A DNA stretch of 58,517 bases, the filler included, from Platydemus manokwari (lineage: Eukaryota): assembly GCA_037951405.1 (NCBI GenBank). It is 5 parts of 5 records of this genome, joined end to end, with 100 filler letters (N's around TTAATTAATTAA, not from the genome) between each part and the next. Parts side by side here need not be neighbours in the genome. Positions count along the whole stretch, not along the records: positions 26,564 to 40,076 come from JBBMOY011698066.1; 4 more parts are not named here. One strand, given 5' to 3'. Below, piece after piece: positions 26,564 to 39,392 of the stretch. The translations under genes and the position numbers were made by a program. Within the stretch, counting starts at the first letter, position 1. Every line of letters starts with the position of its first letter. Below the pieces are notes generated by a model. The model made no database searches. It worked only from the letters and a program-made list of their open reading frames with translations, and was not told the DNA's origin.

Positions 26564-29311
26564 AATTACATCTTTGTCTCTTCGATCATACATTGGAACT
26601 TGAATTACACCATTTAATATGATATCAATATTATCGTTTGATTCTTTGCATTGTATTGATAACAGCCCTCCAAAAGCAAAAGAGAATGTTTTAAGTTCAT
26701 TTATCTTTAAACTTATACTCATTTTACTCCAAGGCCATTTATACCATGTTTCTCTATTAAAGGTGTCAAATAAATGATAATTCACATATAGATAACATGT
26801 TTCTGATTTCGATTTCGTGATTATTACAGACACATCCTTTCCCGGAGAAATGTATAAACCGAGTTGTGCAACCTCATCAGGAAATTTGAGATTTAGTTTC
26901 ATTCTTACTGAAAGATATTTGATATTATTAGATTGTACTATTCCAGGATAAAATGATACACCTGGTGCTATGAATTTATTTCCAAGGGGATTAAGTAACA
27001 ATATATTTATCAGAGCTATCATTTTTTTATCATTATTATTCGATATTGGATTGTCTAAACATGGAATGAGATATCTTACGTGGTGTAAATGAGCTTCAAA
27101 AAGTAATCTAATATATTTTTTAATATAATAATATTCCTTTTCTTCGAATTGATCTTTCAAAATATTTTCTTTCATAATATTAGAAATAATGTCTGAAACA
27201 GAAATCGCATTAGTTAGATTTGTTGAAGCATAACTCAATAAAACAACAAATGGGACAGTTTCTATTTCTAATGTTTTTGCAATCGTTATTTCTTCATTAA
27301 AATACTGATTTAGTGGCCAAATTCCTGATGCTGCAAATATTGATCGCAACTCAGAATGAAAGAGATCTTCTGTGTAACGATTATAAGCCCATGGTTTGAT
27401 TCCTATTATTATTCGAAGTCCACATTTCACCAAATTTAAAAGTAAATCAATAGCTTGTCTTCCTATTTTGTCATGAGGATTCCATATGAGAGGTGTAGTG
27501 AAAGATTGACCAGAACGCCTTTTAAGATCCAGTGTTTCTAGTAGGTTCACAGTCAATGTCAAAGGTGAAGTATTTTTTATTCCATAAACTAATTGAAAGA
27601 AATCTTTCAATTGACTGTGGAAATCTTTATTTACATAACCTTCAGAACCCATGAAACCTATTCGGCCTTGACCAATTTCTGATATAGCAAATATCACTTT
27701 ATTTTTACTTGTGACAGCATATGGGATAACATTATCTCCTAAAAGAAGAAAATTTCCAAAATTATTTATTGTAGGTATAGTTATGTTCTTGTTGTATCTC
27801 CTTCGTAGATATAAGTCTACCTAAATGAATTTTAAATCAATTTTAAATCAATTTTAAATAGCTTTGATTAATAAAAACTTAAAATAATTGTTCCATTATC
27901 GATACGTTATATTTTTATTTTATTAATAAATTCTATAAATATTTATTATTCATCTTTGGAATGAGAATTAAAAAGTAGAAATTCACCCGATATATACATT
28001 CATTAAAGATTTTATTGTATACTCCAAGTAATTTTTACCTCATAGATACCTTATTCATCACCTAAAAAATATAAATTACTTGGCTTTTATTATTGTAGAT
28101 TAAAAATACTCTTTAAATTATCGATAAGATTATCAGCAACTTTTGATTTGAAGTTGGCATATTATACAATTTATTATAAGAATTACTTTACATATTAAAG
28201 ATATTTAACTTTTCAAAATTATGTAAAAATCTTTTTCTTACTTTTTTATTATATTCTTCGAATACTTTTTTTGCTTCCCACTTTACTTCATATATTGTTC
28301 CCAGCTCATAAGCAGTTCTATAGCCAGTATGTGAAATAGGAGAAATGAAAATAAATGTTCGTAATGGTGATGTACAATTGTAAACAAGATGGATTTGACA
28401 TCTTCCTTCACTAATATCCGTTAATTGACAGAACTGAAATTCATTGAAATCATTCTGACATTTTAGATTGTAATCAGTGGACCACAGTGATGTTTTGCTT
28501 TCAATATCCGTGTCCCACAATTCTAAAATCAAATATTAATACTGGAATTACAAATAGAACGCAAAACTCTTATCTATCGAAACGAAGAAAATAGCGAATT
28601 GATAAACATTGTTTAATGTGATAAATTTTGTATTTCGTGGTATGTTTTTCAAATAATCTTCACCACCAAAATATTCGTTTTGTTTCAAAGTTTCTGTAAA
28701 AAATATTTACTTAAATATTCACGAGACAAGATTTCATCCACCTTTAACACATATGGGAACGTGACATTGCTCAGATATCGAATAACTCGTATCAATATAG
28801 CACCATGGACCAGATAATGAATTCGATGGATTTCGGCATTTGTTTCCAGCATCAATAATATTATTATCAGGAAATAAATTATCAGTATATAGAAATTGAT
28901 TATTCCATGGTTGACATTGCTTTTCAGATTTCGTAACATGTATATTACCGAAATATTCTACACCGGATTCGGTATCTTTACACCAATGTCGTTCTAATAT
29001 TAAAATCAATCAATAATTGATGATTTTGATATATATACCCTTATAACAGAAAGGAATATCACAATATTCCCACTCGATTGTATTTCTATCTATGAAACAC
29101 CAAGGACCATTTGGAAAACTTGTGGGATTTCTACAATACTCAGTGTTCAGGATCGAATCAATATTGTGATAATTATATATCATTTGATTTGATAGTAGAA
29201 GTTGATTCATTCTTCTCTTTGTCCAAGGGAGACATTTGTGTCTATATATCGTTTTGCTGACTTTACCAGCATATTCTCTACCGTGAGAAGTCAATTTGCA
29301 TTTTTCAATTT
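26564..29311 (-). CDS. Kringle-kringle-unassigned domain-TCAF/FAM115 (M60-like peptidase family) multidomain protein; exons 29311-29039, 28993-28742, 28693-28568, 28522-28242, 27820-26564 (3'-truncated by linker)
   Basis: Two complete kringles (C...G.EY.G.V..T.....C.PW...YCRNP...GPWCF...EYCDIPFC and the second equivalent). Frame-preserving GT-AG introns of 45, 48, 45 and 421 bp. Last exon has TCAF motifs FLLLGD..IP...VIFAISEIGQGRI, IIIGIKPWAY, APGVSFYPG, GLYISPG, W.KWP, FGGLLSI and I.LNGV.QVPMY. Confidence 0.8.
28742..28993 (-). CDS. Kringle domain exon 2
   Basis: WCKDTESGVEYFGNIHVTKSEKQCQPWN...NKCRNPSNSLSGPWCY...EQCHVPIC, with six Cys and phase 1-1 borders. Confidence 0.92.
29039..29311 (-). 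CDS. Kringle domain exon 1
   Basis: KCKLTSHGREYAGKVSKT...KCLPW...YCRNPTSFPNGPWCF...WEYCDIPFC, with phase 1-1 borders. Confidence 0.92.
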
Positions 29312-29555
29312 CTGAATTCTCTCAATTAAATATAGTTCTAGCATTATTATTATTATTATTATTATTAAAATAATTTTTATAAATTACATAAACAAATGGT
29401 AGACATTCTCCATTTTTCTATTGGCATTTATGATAAATATTTTATATTCTTATTTCAATAGCTGTATTTGAAGATTCTTCTTTAATAAATTAAAAAAGAA
29501 AGATTAAATCGAAACAATATGCAGACGATATTTAATCAGTACGACAACTTAATAC

Positions 29556-29658
29556 CAAATGATTATGATATACACAAAGTAGTCATTTGGACGGTCAAAC
29601 TAACTATTATTAAATGCCCAACGCTGATATTCCTAAAATAAATTCTTGTTATTCTCAT
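29556..29658 (-). other. Candidate signal-peptide exon of the kringle-TCAF gene, with an in-frame TAA at 29565-29563
   Basis: MRITRIYFRNISVGHLIIVSLTVQMTTLCIS*SF followed by a phase-1 G|GTATTA donor that would join kringle exon 1 in frame. Confidence 0.35.
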
Positions 29659-30419
29659 AATTATTAAGATTCTTTAATCAAATATTTAGTAATTCCAACA
29701 ATAGTTTCATCAATATATTTAATTTACTCAGTTTATACATTTCCAAATATTATTTATTTTACATAAATTCTATTATAAAAATCAATTGACAATCCATATC
29801 AATATCTTCGAAGTCATTATTGCCATCTCAAATATTAAATTCATGATTTAATTATAAAAGTACTCAACACTGTTTAAGGTATATTTTTATTATTTGATTT
29901 TTCAAGATAACCCAATCTCGAAATAGAAATGAAAGACTGAAGAAATTAATTATGAAAATTACTTTTATAACCAATCACTGGGATTTATTTTATGTTTAAT
30001 TCAATGGATAAATAGAAAACATCTCAATTTAAACTGTAACTACTTAAGGAATGAATAATTAACGAATCATTTGTATGGTCGATATTATCCATAGGCATGT
30101 TTTTGTCAAACAAATGATTGGAAATGGTTCTGAAATATATTTATTTAAAAATCTATATATCCACCTGTGAGAAATGTTGCCAACGAATTACCACAGAAAA
30201 GTAGGATCAAAATTAAAATAATTTTCATTGAAATTTTGAAAATTTTCATTTGCATTTGTGTTATATAATTCTTATAAAATCTTATGTAAATTTGATGCAG
30301 TATAAAACATTATTTTCAGTTAGAAATTTAAAATATTCTCGAAATATGATCAAAATTAACACTGTATTTATTTACATAAATCGCTAAGGATTTGTTAGAA
30401 GAATAATTTTAGTTAAATT

Positions 30420-30551
30420 TGATATTATTATTAATAATAATAATGATAATAATACAATAAAAACATCAATAATAATATTATTATTATAGTAGTAATAATG
30501 ATAATAATAATGATAATAATAATAATAATGTTGATAATAATAATAATATAA
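30420..30551. repeat. (AAT)n-type microsatellite
   Basis: Imperfect AAT/GAT triplet run directly before the LTR. Confidence 0.9.
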
Positions 30552-33020
30552 TGTTGGTCTACCTGCTGTAGAGCGCAACAAATACTCTCTAGATCCTATC
30601 TATCTGACTCAAAATAAATAAGAGTTGAAGCACTAAGACGTATTTTTAAAACAACTTTACAGATCGTTCGTTAATATGACGGTAAAAACACAATCAGGTG
30701 TTCAATTCTTATATTCAAGTGAATACATGGAACTAGTCTGCTCACAAAGTTGGGCTACCAGCCGAGGAGCTACCTCTGGCATATAGTACAATACTAGTGT
30801 CAGCAAAGACAGTTACGGACGTACTACTCTAACTCTCTTTGTTTTACCGATATTCGGAAGCAACAACCTCGATCATCCTACTTTTCTACACTTAAACTAA
30901 TATTCTGGAAACAATTTCCAAGAATATTTTACTGCAAAAGAATTATTAAACAGTAATTAAATAACATGCTTTCGCTCCGCGTAATTTCCAAATAAAATCC
31001 TTTTATGTAAATTTTCTGATTGTAATAAATAATTTTCTTGGGTTTCTTTCCTCCTAGTTTATCCTGTGTTCTAATGACTGTGATAATCAACTATTGATTG
31101 CCTTTATATAAAATACCGCAGTTTTGAACATCGGGTAAAGAAGCTAGTTTCCGAAGTGTTTAACAAGAAAAACACTCTTGCAGAAATTTCAAGATTATTT
31201 ATTCTGTAAGGTCTAAATAGCAAGAAATTGAAAGAGTCATTTACTCTCGATCCTGCAATGTTTGACGATAGAAGAAGAGAGCTAGTTGTCAATTTTGAGA
31301 AGTTAACTACAACAAAGTGTAAAGGAATATCATCGAGCACCAGTTAATCACATTGAATCTCCAAACAATGCGAAATCAACAAGATCAATGAAATCTATTG
31401 CTTCTAAATTTTACAACGATTGGAGAGGAAATCTTACACCACATGGTGACTATTTGAAACCAGGAGCTTGTTTTTACTGTGGTGAGCTTGGACACCGGAA
31501 GTCTGAATGTCCACTGCGGAATAAATTTTTGAATTGCGGATAAGAAGATAATGTCATTTAGCCCGAAAGCCTAGTTAAAATAATTTGACGAAAATACTAG
31601 ACATCTATGACGAAGAAGATGAAGCTGATATTCAAACCAAAGTGAAGTAAGTGATTGTGTTATCTCACTGTCCATGGAGGAGAAAAAATGAAATCAACCT
31701 CCTGTACCTATCAAGTCAGTGGAGTTGAGTCAATAGAACACATATCAGCAAGAGATAGAATAGAAGTAAACAAGGAAGAGAGTAAGAGGAAGAGGAAACA
31801 TTCACAGATGTTTTAGAAAGCATATGGTAGACAGTGGAGTAAAATTGAGCGCAACGGAACGCATATTGATATGTTATGGGATTCTGGTGCATCAATAACA
31901 GTAATGAATGAGAGCAATTGGAGGCGCATTGTAGAGCCGCAAATTAAAAATTCTGAAGTTTGATTGGCTGGTATATTCTCCAATGCAGACAAATCGTGTC
32001 TAGGAAAAATAAGGATTTCAATAGTTTGGAACAACGAAATTCTGTAAAGGAGATCATTGTAGTAAAACAAATTTCACCAGGATTTATCGGAGTAATTGAT
32101 ATGATGAAGGCTAGTAGAAAATTCCTTGCAGTGATAAAATCAATGGATTCCAAAGATATAGAAATGAAATTGCACTGAAAAGTATTGATAATAAGAATTA
32201 TATTTCTTTGAATAGGTGTATAAAGAAAATGGCTCAATTTTTATGGCTTCTCGGTTCGATTTGGGATAACAGATTTGGTGAAGCACGAGATCCGTACAAA
32301 ATGTAAACCTATTTCTCAGAACCCCAGAAGGCAGCCAATAAATTTAGAAACCATAATTCAAGAATTGATAGAAAATCTTCTCGAAAGTAATGTCATAACA
32401 CCTTGCAAGAGCTTTTGAAACTCTCCTTTGGTCGCGGTTCCTAAGAAAGATGGATCGATCAGGGTGTGTTTAGACTTCAGAAAGTTAAATGAACAGACTG
32501 AGAAGTTTTCTTTTCCGGTACCTGACATTCAAACTTTATTGGACTCAGTGTATGTAGCGACTATTTTCTCCACAATAGATTTAGACCAAGCATACTATCA
32601 GGTCGAAGTTGAGGAAGATTCTAAATTGTAAACGGCGTTTAGCACGAGAATTGGCTATTTCTGTTTTAACAGACTACCTGGAAAATTTTAGAGTCTAATG
32701 AATACGATGTTCAAGGTTTTGATTTACAAAAGCGTTCTTGTTTATCTGGACGATATTTTAGTCTATGGAAGAACAGTAGAAGAAAAGAGTGAGAAACTCG
32801 AAAAGGTATTCAGGTTGATTAAATCATCAGGTTTGAAAATCAATCCGGAGAAATGCATTTTCGGCACTAGAAAATTGAATTTCCTGGGTCATACAGTCAG
32901 TGCAGAAAGTATAGAAACTAATAATAACAAAGTTAAGAAGATTAAGGAAGTAATTAAACCTGGTTGTATCACTCAGTTGAGGTCGTTTATAGGTTCAAGC
33001 AATTATTACAGAAGATTTAT
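30552..33020 (+). mobile_element. Defective Ty3/gypsy LTR retrotransposon: putative 5' LTR 30552-30727, PBS-like TGG at 30728, gag zinc knuckle, aspartic protease, RT; truncated before RNase H/integrase
   Basis: TGT...ACA-bounded 176 bp followed by TGGAACTAG. CFYCGELGHRKSECP (~31468), MLWDSGASITV (~31871-31903), VPKKDGSIRVCLDFRKLN and YLDDILVYG. Multiple stops and frameshifts; the FGLCTAP segment is deleted. Confidence 0.92.
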
Positions 33021-36000
33021 TTATATTTATATCTGATATAATTATTATTATTTATATTATTATGGCTACTGGAGCTACTAAATTCTTATAAATAAATTAA
33101 TAAAATCATTTTTACTTTTTTCGTATTTTTACTTAAAATACAAAATGCATTCTTTATTTATTTGGCATAAGGTTTCACTTTTTGAATATGTTTTATATAT
33201 AATTAATTAATAATTCTGGATTTCCCACCTTGATTCCCAAATTACTATTAATTTTTTAATATAGCCTTAACCGCATAAATGCTTCCCTAAATATTTCTAA
33301 AACTATATCGAGTATTTTATTTTTTATAATTGATTTCGAATAATATCATTTCTGTATTGATCATTGGTTACTTATTAATTAATACAGTAATGATGATAAG
33401 ATTTTGTCACGATTTATTTCCATTCTGATATACAACAATATTATAAACTGTATTCTGTTCAAGTAACTGAAAATATAAGTGACTAGCTTTAAATTTCATA
33501 ATCATATATTATTAAGCTATTCTGTTGATTAAATATGGTATGTACATGTATTTTTATTTGCTATTATTAAATCTTTCTTAGAAAAGGAATTCTAAAAAAT
33601 ATGAAATGTTTAAAATAGAATTTTCAAAATTATGTGTTCAACTATCGAACTAGGAATATAAATATGCATTATAAACGTCATTAGGAGAATTTTTACAATA
33701 TCAATATTATATTTAATTTAATAATTTACAATTCAAAAATCGAAATGTATAAAAAGATTTCTCAAGGTTAGACAATACATAATATACGTGGGCAGAAATG
33801 TTTCTCTTTGACAAAGAGAAGATTGAAGCAACTTTTACAATCAAATCTAACGATAAATAACTATTACAATCATAATTTGATTTTAAACACCGGTTGCTGT
33901 AGAAATCCCACCATTTTGAATAAATTTATGTAAAACGAAATTTTGGGCTATAAACGTGATTTGGAATTACACGATTCTAATAATGCCATAGTCAAAATTT
34001 CTGGTGAAGTGTCATTTATACTAAATGAAAGAAAATTTTGAAAAATGTGTAGTTTTGAAATTTGAGTTGTTGTAAATATCACTTTAATATCCACAGTAAC
34101 AACATATATAATTAAATTGTCATGCGATAGAATAAAATTTCAGTAATAATACGTAATCAGTATTACAAGTTTTTATCTTCTATGTGATAGTAAATAGATG
34201 TTGATCAAAATCAATAATAAAAATTGGTAACTATCTGGAATGAATCTTTTATAAAATTTAATTTTCATCGTGGTTATTTAAAATTTAATTTTAAAGATCT
34301 TAATATTATAAAAATCTCAGTATTATCAATAAATAAGTGGTAGGAATTGGATATAGATCGTACTTTCGTAGTTAAAATTAATGAGCCCAATAGTCCACTG
34401 TATCTCACTTCATATATATAAACCATATTCATTATAATATACGAATACTGTGCATCATATCTATAAATTATTATCTCCACTTATTTTAAAAATTTTAAAA
34501 TTGAAAGAGAGAAAGCTGAAAATAGTAAGTATTAACAATAATTATAAAAACTTTTATTAAAAAAAGATTAATTTAACGAAAAGATGAACGGTTTTTACAT
34601 TTTATCAAACCAAATTTTGTGACCAAGCAGCTGAATTTAATGAAATGATTAGATTTTCTAAAATTAAAATAAAATAATTTAAACTTATTAGGAAGAAGAT
34701 TTCCTCAGAATATCAGAACTCGTCTGAATAATGATTTGAAGGATAATAGTGAAAACTTTTGAAAATTGAAGCTCACAAATTTGGAACTGAGATAATATTA
34801 TTTACGAAATAGATGTGATACGACTGTTTAATAGTAAATATTGATAACTGTATAGATATTTTCAAGTTAATAATAGATTTAATTAGCAAAATATTGAAAG
34901 GGAGGGCTGGTTTCTAACTCTTTTAATTTTTAATCTGAATATAAGCTCTCCTTGTACTTTTGAAAATATTTAAATGTTCTTTGTAATTATCCTATGTAAA
35001 TCGATCACAGTTAAAATTATCTAATTTAGTAACATAATAAATGAAAACCCCCAAGCAATTTTATATATAAATCTACTAATTTATATCATTAAATACCTCC
35101 GACATATTTTTACAATTTCGTTTGTTTAAATTTTTATTCTCACCTTAAAAATATAACTTTCAAATTATTAGTTAATATAGTTAATTTAAACCGATCGAGA
35201 ATGCAAACTTAATTCACCATTTAAATGTAAATATTCAATGCATCTATTAGATCCATAAAAACAGTCTAATTGTGGATTCGAGAAAGTATAATAACTCGTC
35301 TTTTACTGTCAATAATGTCTGTATCATGAAGAATGAGACGAAACTAAAATTTATTTACAAGATATTTGAAAATTAACTTTTTTTAAAGTTCATAGATTAA
35401 TTGAGATTAATTTGTCGGTAATTAAATATTAGTAGATAAACAAATTAAAAGTAATGTATTTTCATCACTCTAAATTGCTTTTCGTTGAAGATAAAAAGTT
35501 GACTCGTTTTTAATCAAGTTATTTAAATATTTAGATTTAAAAGAAATTAGCATTATTTGATGTTGTTTATTTTAAATATGGCGGGATTTCATTTTGTTAT
35601 ATTAAACAAGTTTTTGTTATTAGACTATCGGTCACTGATTTTGTTTTGCCACAAGGGGTCTTCTTTGTTAAAAATGAGTAGTACCAAAGGATTTATATTT
35701 ATCGAAATATTTTATAGCTTATCTGAAATTATAATTGTGTAATCTGTACAAAATTTATTTATATACGATTCTTACTTGAGATATACGATCAATTATCATA
35801 CACGAATAAATGTATGATTTATTAATGATTTTAATCCGATGCCGAATAAATGAGATGAGAACCATGAGTGCATTTAATAAACGTATATTTTTTAATTTGT
35901 TCGCTTTTTTGAAAAATAACTTAATTTTTAAGAGCTATTATTTTTAATTTGAGAAGAAAAGATTTAGAGTTTGATCTGGAATAAAACAAATAAGTCAAAG

Positions 36001-36199
36001 TATTAAGTCTGGCTTAGAAATTTGAAAGATTAAAAGCAAGTGAGAACAGCGAACACTATTATCTTTGGTCTCACTTATATAAGCATTTAAGGTGGATTTG
36101 TATTGCTTAAGTTCAATATTTGTTATTATTATCTCTTTCTCAATTTCAGCAGAAATTATAAATATTAACCATCAAAATTTTGATCACAAATCAATAAAT

Positions 36200-37420
36200 A
36201 ATGTTTCGCGTTGTAATGATAATTGTTATTTCGTAGGATAATTGTATGATATTTGATTCAGTTTCGAATAATATAACAATTCTTTGGAATGTCTGTTGAA
36301 TGAAATTCTTTCTTTGTTAATTGCACGGACTTTAGACACCACTTTTCGTATTGCTCAAAGCTCAAAAGAGAATAATTATGGAGCTGGGTATAATTCAGTA
36401 ATGTTTCTTGTAGTGTTCTGTAATAAAAGAACAGCATTTTCAGTCTCAACCAAATCTTGTTTGGAATGGAATTGATTGGATTGAATTTGTAGAAAATGGA
36501 TGAGTCTAGCATGTTGGTGTTATTGCTGTAACTTCTGTAACCTCCAAGTCTCACACACTAGAAACGCTTATAAGCACGTCAATTTGGTGATGGTCTCAGA
36601 TCCTAATAAAGTATATTGAGATATACCTGACAAACTTCTGCACACTACTTTCTGTAATGTTAATGACTTGAAGTACATTGAACGTCAATTGAGATATCAA
36701 GTCAATTGATCCAACAATGATTGTTTGAAATCCATTAATCCATTCTGAAATTTGAGCAATTATCTAATCAACACAAATTAAAAAGTCATTTAGTTATCAC
36801 GTAGCTGGAAAGTGAGATTAATTTATGAAACACAAAAATACATAACTTATATTATCGACTCTAAATAGAAAATGCAAATCGACATTTTATTTTGTGGATG
36901 TCCTTTTTAGAAATGAGTCAATTGACGAGCAGTTTAATGAGTCTAGCATAATGGGTAAAGGGTGATGAAGTCATTATAAACGATATGATGGAATCTGACT
37001 TTTTGACCAATAATATGTAATAATTGGTTTTAATTGTTATTCGTAAGCTAATTACGCAAATTTGAATCGGCAATAGGTCGACTAACGATGTGCATCATCT
37101 ATTGTTTTCATTTTTCAAAGAATCATTCATGGCAATATGAAATTTGTTATTTTCACTATCAAACCCCTTGATAAGTATGTGCTTAATCTTTAATTAATTA
37201 ATAGCTTTGACTACTCTATGTTGCTGTGAGTTCTCGGCTGTAGGTGTAAAAGAGATTCAAGAGTTAGATTGACTTATTGGATCGAGCTGTCAAACGATGG
37301 ATTCAATTTAATTGGTAGTCAGATACTATATTAACCCACAAATCTCATAAATTAACGCCATAATTAATGGTATCGATATACAAATACAATATATGATAAT
37401 AACAGCATTGGAGACATAAA
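36200..37420 (-). mobile_element. Decayed gypsy pol (RNase H-integrase) remnant
   Basis: TYSRELTA (~YS..ERELLA) and AVLLLQNTTRNITELYPA (~VLL..NTT...T...PA, integrase core). Confidence 0.5.
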
Positions 37421-38580
37421 ATCTTCGTGACTAACCCTCTCAAATAAGAACTGAGAACATCTAAAATTAAAAAATTTCGTGTTGAAATATAATGGTCCTA
37501 GTATCAGGAATTAAAATAGCGTAGCACAATGTATAATACTGGTAAATTGTGTTACGACATGAAGTAGGATCTGAGCTCCAATTTTTTTAATTAGGACAGT
37601 ACTTGTTTCTCTTTGTGCAAATAACTTAATAAACGATTTCGAAACTTGGTTCTGTTGTATCATTATTTGTGATATAAGTCGACATTTTTATTAAAAGGTT
37701 TAAACTTTTTCTTTAGTGTGAAATGGATAAGGTGATTGGAGTCAGATAATACGACAAAATTAAGTTCTTTGTAGCCCAGAGTTAATAAAATTAAATGAAA
37801 AATATAATAAAAATATGCATTTATTGTTGTCGTGCTTAAGAAGTTCCGTACATCGAATATGACTGGTAATTATCTCAGAATGATTCTATTTTATTATTCA
37901 TTTTAAAAAGTTTATGTCATTCAAAGAATATGTTTTTATTCATCAAATTAATATTTTCCATTCCTAATAAAATTAATAAGTTTAAATCAATGAAGTATGA
38001 ACGATTGATTTATACCTCCACTAAGTCATATTTTAATTAGTTTATGAGCTCCAACTTTTTGAAAACATTACCGTTTTATGGCTTATTATTTCATCAACGT
38101 GAAACAATATGAAGAATAACCATTCTAATAATCAATATTTTTTTTCATAAAATATTGTCATTTATATTGACGACAAATATTACCAGCATTGATTGAATGA
38201 CATTTTTCAATCAAAACCATAGTTAATGAGTAAATATTTGATATAAAATCATAATAGATAATCTGAAAAATAAAAAAGACCATTAATAAGATATACACAT
38301 TAATTTTTCAAAGCTTTTATTGATATTGAGAGTAGCAAAAGCTAATAATCTCATTTCAATCAAAGATTTTATTGTGACATAATTCAGTGTGATTTCTATG
38401 ATGAATGGGTTAGTAGCTTTGGTTGGAATCAACAACTAATTATTATCAATAATAAATTGAAAAATATCAAAATTAATAATGATATTTATGAGAGATATTT
38501 ATAAATTTTCGATACACGGTTCTTTCAACACAGTACAGTTTTCTACATTTTTAATACATGGCTCAATAATATATAATTAT

Positions 38581-39392
38581 TTGTTGTTTGTGTTTTGTTA
38601 ATGTTACTATGGTAATGATAAGAATAGATTCAATACGAAGATAATAATAGATATTTATTTCATAAACATGATCGGATCCACGGTAGTTAGCATTTTCATT
38701 GCATAAATCAGTTAAAAGATCAAAACCTTCGCTCACTACGATAGACTGTTCCAAGATGAAACTTTAATTTTTTAAAAATTCTTTCCATTATATGTGTTAT
38801 AATCTACGAAATCCTAACGTTATCCAGATGTCATCGTTAGTCTGAATACTCCAAGATTAAAATACTAAATCAACCTCAAAAGTGAGAAATTCGACTACTC
38901 ACTCAAGTCTTGTTTTTTAATGGACTTTCTCAATTCCTCGTATTTCTTTTGTTAGCATCTTTCATGAGCCTGACCTCATTCATTGGTCATTTGATATCGT
39001 TAAGATAGATTGTTGATATTCGTTCATCTTTTTTTTGAAAATCAATTCTTTCTCCTCAAAAGCTTTACAATTGAGGTTATGGCTAATTTTCCTTTTTTCC
39101 TTGTCAGTATATTCATGATTTCGTTGTAACGGAGAATGGATGTGCATGGTGAAAAGTTTAATTTTTTTGTACATGGGTTTGAAATATCATATTATGAAAA
39201 GAGTTATAAAAAATTAAAGTTTCACTTTGGAAGAGTCTATCATAGTCAGCGAAGGTTTTGATCTTTTAACTGATTTATCCAATGAAAATGCCTTGGATTT
39301 GACCATGTTTATGAAATAAATATTTTTTATTATTTCCTTACTGAATCTATTTTTATCGTTACCACAGTAACATAAACAAACCATAGACAATA
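38581..39392. mobile_element. Non-autonomous element with ~190-bp inverted repeats (38581-38774 / 39207-39392), Mutator/foldback-like
   Basis: rc of the left arm aaaaaattaaagtttcatcttggaacagtctatcgtagtgagcgaaggttttgatcttttaactgatttatgcaatgaaaatgc matches the right arm aaaaaattaaagtttcactttggaagagtctatcatagtcagcgaaggttttgatcttttaactgatttatccaatgaaaatgc. Confidence 0.8.

Noticed and set aside
26564-27820. Bacterial contaminant or recent HGT of an M60 peptidase
   Set aside because: Preceded by a canonical splice acceptor, in frame with intron-split kringle exons, and with host-like AT content.
28685-28939. 84-aa ORF overlapping kringle 2 (likewise 12579-12824, 57869-58138, 31813-32237)
   Set aside because: Alternate-frame or antisense shadows of real coding or TE sequence, with no motifs.
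29390-29570. Stop-codon reassignment (TAA/TAG read as Gln) suggested by in-frame stops upstream of the kringles
   Set aside because: Long exons elsewhere have no internal TAA/TAG, use CAA/CAG normally, and the CYP gene ends at TAG.
30384-30581. Tyr/His-rich 65-aa ORF
   Set aside because: Translation of an (ATT)n microsatellite.
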